A stretch of 32,000 bases of DNA from positions 418,038 through 450,037 of the forward strand of contig NZ_CP059216.1 in the NCBI RefSeq assembly GCF_014252315.1, in the 5' to 3' direction. How positions within the stretch are numbered: position 1 is the first letter of the stretch; each line of letters begins with the position of its first letter. A program made the position numbers and the translations under genes. The notes under the pieces were generated by a model, which was given only the letters and a program-made list of their open reading frames with translations, made no database searches and was not told the origin of the DNA. Below are positions 30,655-32,000 of the stretch, one piece after another. The DNA comes from Candidatus Saccharimonadota bacterium. Lineage in GTDB: Bacteria > Bacteroidota > Bacteroidia > Flavobacteriales > Blattabacteriaceae.

Positions 30655-31005
30655 TTATTGATTTTTAATTTTTGCTTTTTTTCCTTTTAATTTTCTTATA
30701 TAATATATTTTAGATCTTCTTACTTTTCCTTTTTTATTTATATCTATTTTTATTATGTTTGGTTGATTTATTGGAAATAAACGTTCAACTCCTATTCCAG
30801 AACTATATTTTCTAACAGTAAATGTTTTTATTAATCCATTTCCTTGTTTTTTAATTACTACTCCTCTAAAAGATTGAATTCTTTTTTTATTTCCCTCTTT
30901 AATTTCAAAAAATATAGTAATTGTATATCCTGATTTAAATAAAGGAAAATTATTTTTCTTATTGAAAGTATTATTTACATAATCTAAAATCTTTCTATTG
31001 AACAT
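30655..31005 (-). CDS. rplS: 50S ribosomal protein L19
   Basis: 116-aa ORF with FKSGYTITIFFEIKEGNKKRIQSFRGVVIKKQG...TFTVRK.S.GIGVERLFP...P.I..I, the characteristic L19 pattern. Confidence 0.93.
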   Translation of the reverse strand: MFNRKILDYVNNTFNKKNNFPLFKSGYTITIFFEIKEGNKKRIQSFRGVVIKKQGNGLIKTFTVRKYSSGIGVERLFPINQPNIIKIDINKKGKVRRSKIYYIRKLKGKKAKIKNQ

Positions 31006-31006
31006 A

Positions 31007-32000
31007 TTAAATAATTTTTTTTATATCATTTATTATTCCATTAGTTAAATAATTAGCTCTATTATTTGATATATGACTTTCTGAATATATCCTAATAATA
31101 TTTTCAGTATTAGACTTTCTTATATGTATCCACTCATTATTCATAAAATTTATTTTAATACCATCATTAACGTTTATTTTTTCTTTTTTATATTTTTTTT
31201 TTATATTTTCTATAAATTTTTTATAACAAAATGATAACCGTATTTTTTTTTTAGACATAAAAGATATAGGATATAACTTTTTTAAATTTGATAAAGATAT
31301 ACAATTTAATTTGGATAAATAAGACAAAAATAACGCTATTCCAATTAAAGCATCTCTTCCATAACGTAATTTTGGGTATATAATACCTCCATTTCCTTCT
31401 CCTCCAATAATTGCATTTACTTTTTTCATTTGTTTTACTACGTTTACTTCTCCTACAGGAGAAGTGTAAAATGGAACTTTATTTTTTAAAGATATATATT
31501 CTAATATATTAGATGATGATAACGTGGAAACAACAGGCCCTTTTTCATTTTTTAGTATATAATCAACAATAGATATTAAGGTATATTCTTCTCCAAAAAA
31601 TGCCCCATTTTCACATATAAAAACTACTCTATCTACATCTGGATCTACAGATATTCCTAAATTTGCTTTTTCAGACAAAACTTTTTTACAAATCTCTTTT
31701 AAATTTTTCTTTATAGGTTCAGGATTTCGTTTAAAGTTACCATCAGGATTACAATGTATTTTTATAACATTAATTCCTAATTTTTTAAGTAGAATTGGTA
31801 CAGCTATTCCTCCTGTTGAATTTATTCCATCTACTACTATTTTAAGTTTACATTTTTTTATATTTTCTTTATCTATAATAGGTAATGATAATATTTTATT
31901 AATATGTTTATTAATATAATCTTTCTTATAAAAAATTTTTCCTAATTTTTTATAAGAAACGAATTTAAAATATTTTTTTTTTATAATTCTAAATAAAGAT
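31007..32000 (-). CDS. glmM: phosphoglucosamine mutase-like alpha-D-phosphohexomutase (partial; 5' end beyond the right window edge)
   Basis: The ORF track shows 223 aa starting at an internal TTG (31678). My translation shows the same frame stop-free to position 32000. It encodes ...KLKIVVDGINSTGGIAVPILLKKLGINVIKIHCNPDGNFKRNPEPIKKNL..., followed by GISVDPDVDR (metal-binding loop) and GGEGNGG (sugar-binding loop). The family call is confident; the GlmM specificity is inferred. Confidence 0.7.
   Translation of the reverse strand, partial: SLFRIIKKKYFKFVSYKKLGKIFYKKDYINKHINKILSLPIIDKENIKKCKLKIVVDGINSTGGIAVPILLKKLGINVIKIHCNPDGNFKRNPEPIKKNLKEICKKVLSEKANLGISVDPDVDRVVFICENGAFFGEEYTLISIVDYILKNEKGPVVSTLSSSNILEYISLKNKVPFYTSPVGEVNVVKQMKKVNAIIGGEGNGGIIYPKLRYGRDALIGIALFLSYLSKLNCISLSNLKKLYPISFMSKKKIRLSFCYKKFIENIKKKYKKEKINVNDGIKINFMNNEWIHIRKSNTENIIRIYSESHISNNRANYLTNGIINDIKKII

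Noticed and set aside
31007-31678. glmM-like gene as a truncated 223-aa fragment.
   Set aside because: The 'Met' at 31678 is an internal TTG (Leu). The frame continues without stops to position 32000 and encodes the preceding phosphohexomutase domains, so the gene is simply cut by the window edge.

Overview
By eye this window is extremely AT-rich (roughly 20-25% G+C, not computed) and almost entirely coding. It looks like a reduced Bacteroidota/Flavobacteriales insect-endosymbiont genome, Blattabacterium-like. That assignment is an inference from four things: gene content, a Bacteroidetes-type LspA with its characteristic insertion, a long type-2 IleRS, and Lys/Asn/Ile-enriched proteins. I can support 25 protein-coding genes and 8 tRNAs. 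The core is the canonical block tRNA-Thr/Tyr/Gly/Thr - tuf - tRNA-Trp - secE - nusG - rplK - rplA - rplJ - rplL - rpoB - rpoC on the minus strand. Housekeeping genes flank it: idi, a PTPS/QueD-family gene, gcvT, a MATE transporter, aroC, miaA, folC, glnS, lspA, ileS, mutS, guaB, rplS and a glmM-like mutase that runs off the right edge. The genetic code appears standard (table 11), because tRNA-Trp has anticodon CCA and TGA terminates rplA. I see no mobile elements, CRISPR arrays, prophage, toxin-antitoxin or defence genes, and no intergenic space large enough to hide a multi-gene system, so I do not claim a novel system here. Five things deserve a second look. (1) Two clearly functional-looking genes, glnS and the MATE transporter, have conserved N-terminal coding sequence but no in-frame ATG/GTG/TTG. 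(2) The only orphan gene is a small, acidic lipoprotein predicted to be disordered, sitting between guaB and rplS and bracketed by palindromic intergenic elements. (3) The COG0720 enzyme has a PTPS-type Cx5HGH motif rather than the QueD-type Cx3HGH. (4) The ribosomal-protein/RNAP cluster is compacted enough to leave no room for the classical leaders or attenuator. (5) Many in-frame A10-A12 tracts lie inside essential genes.
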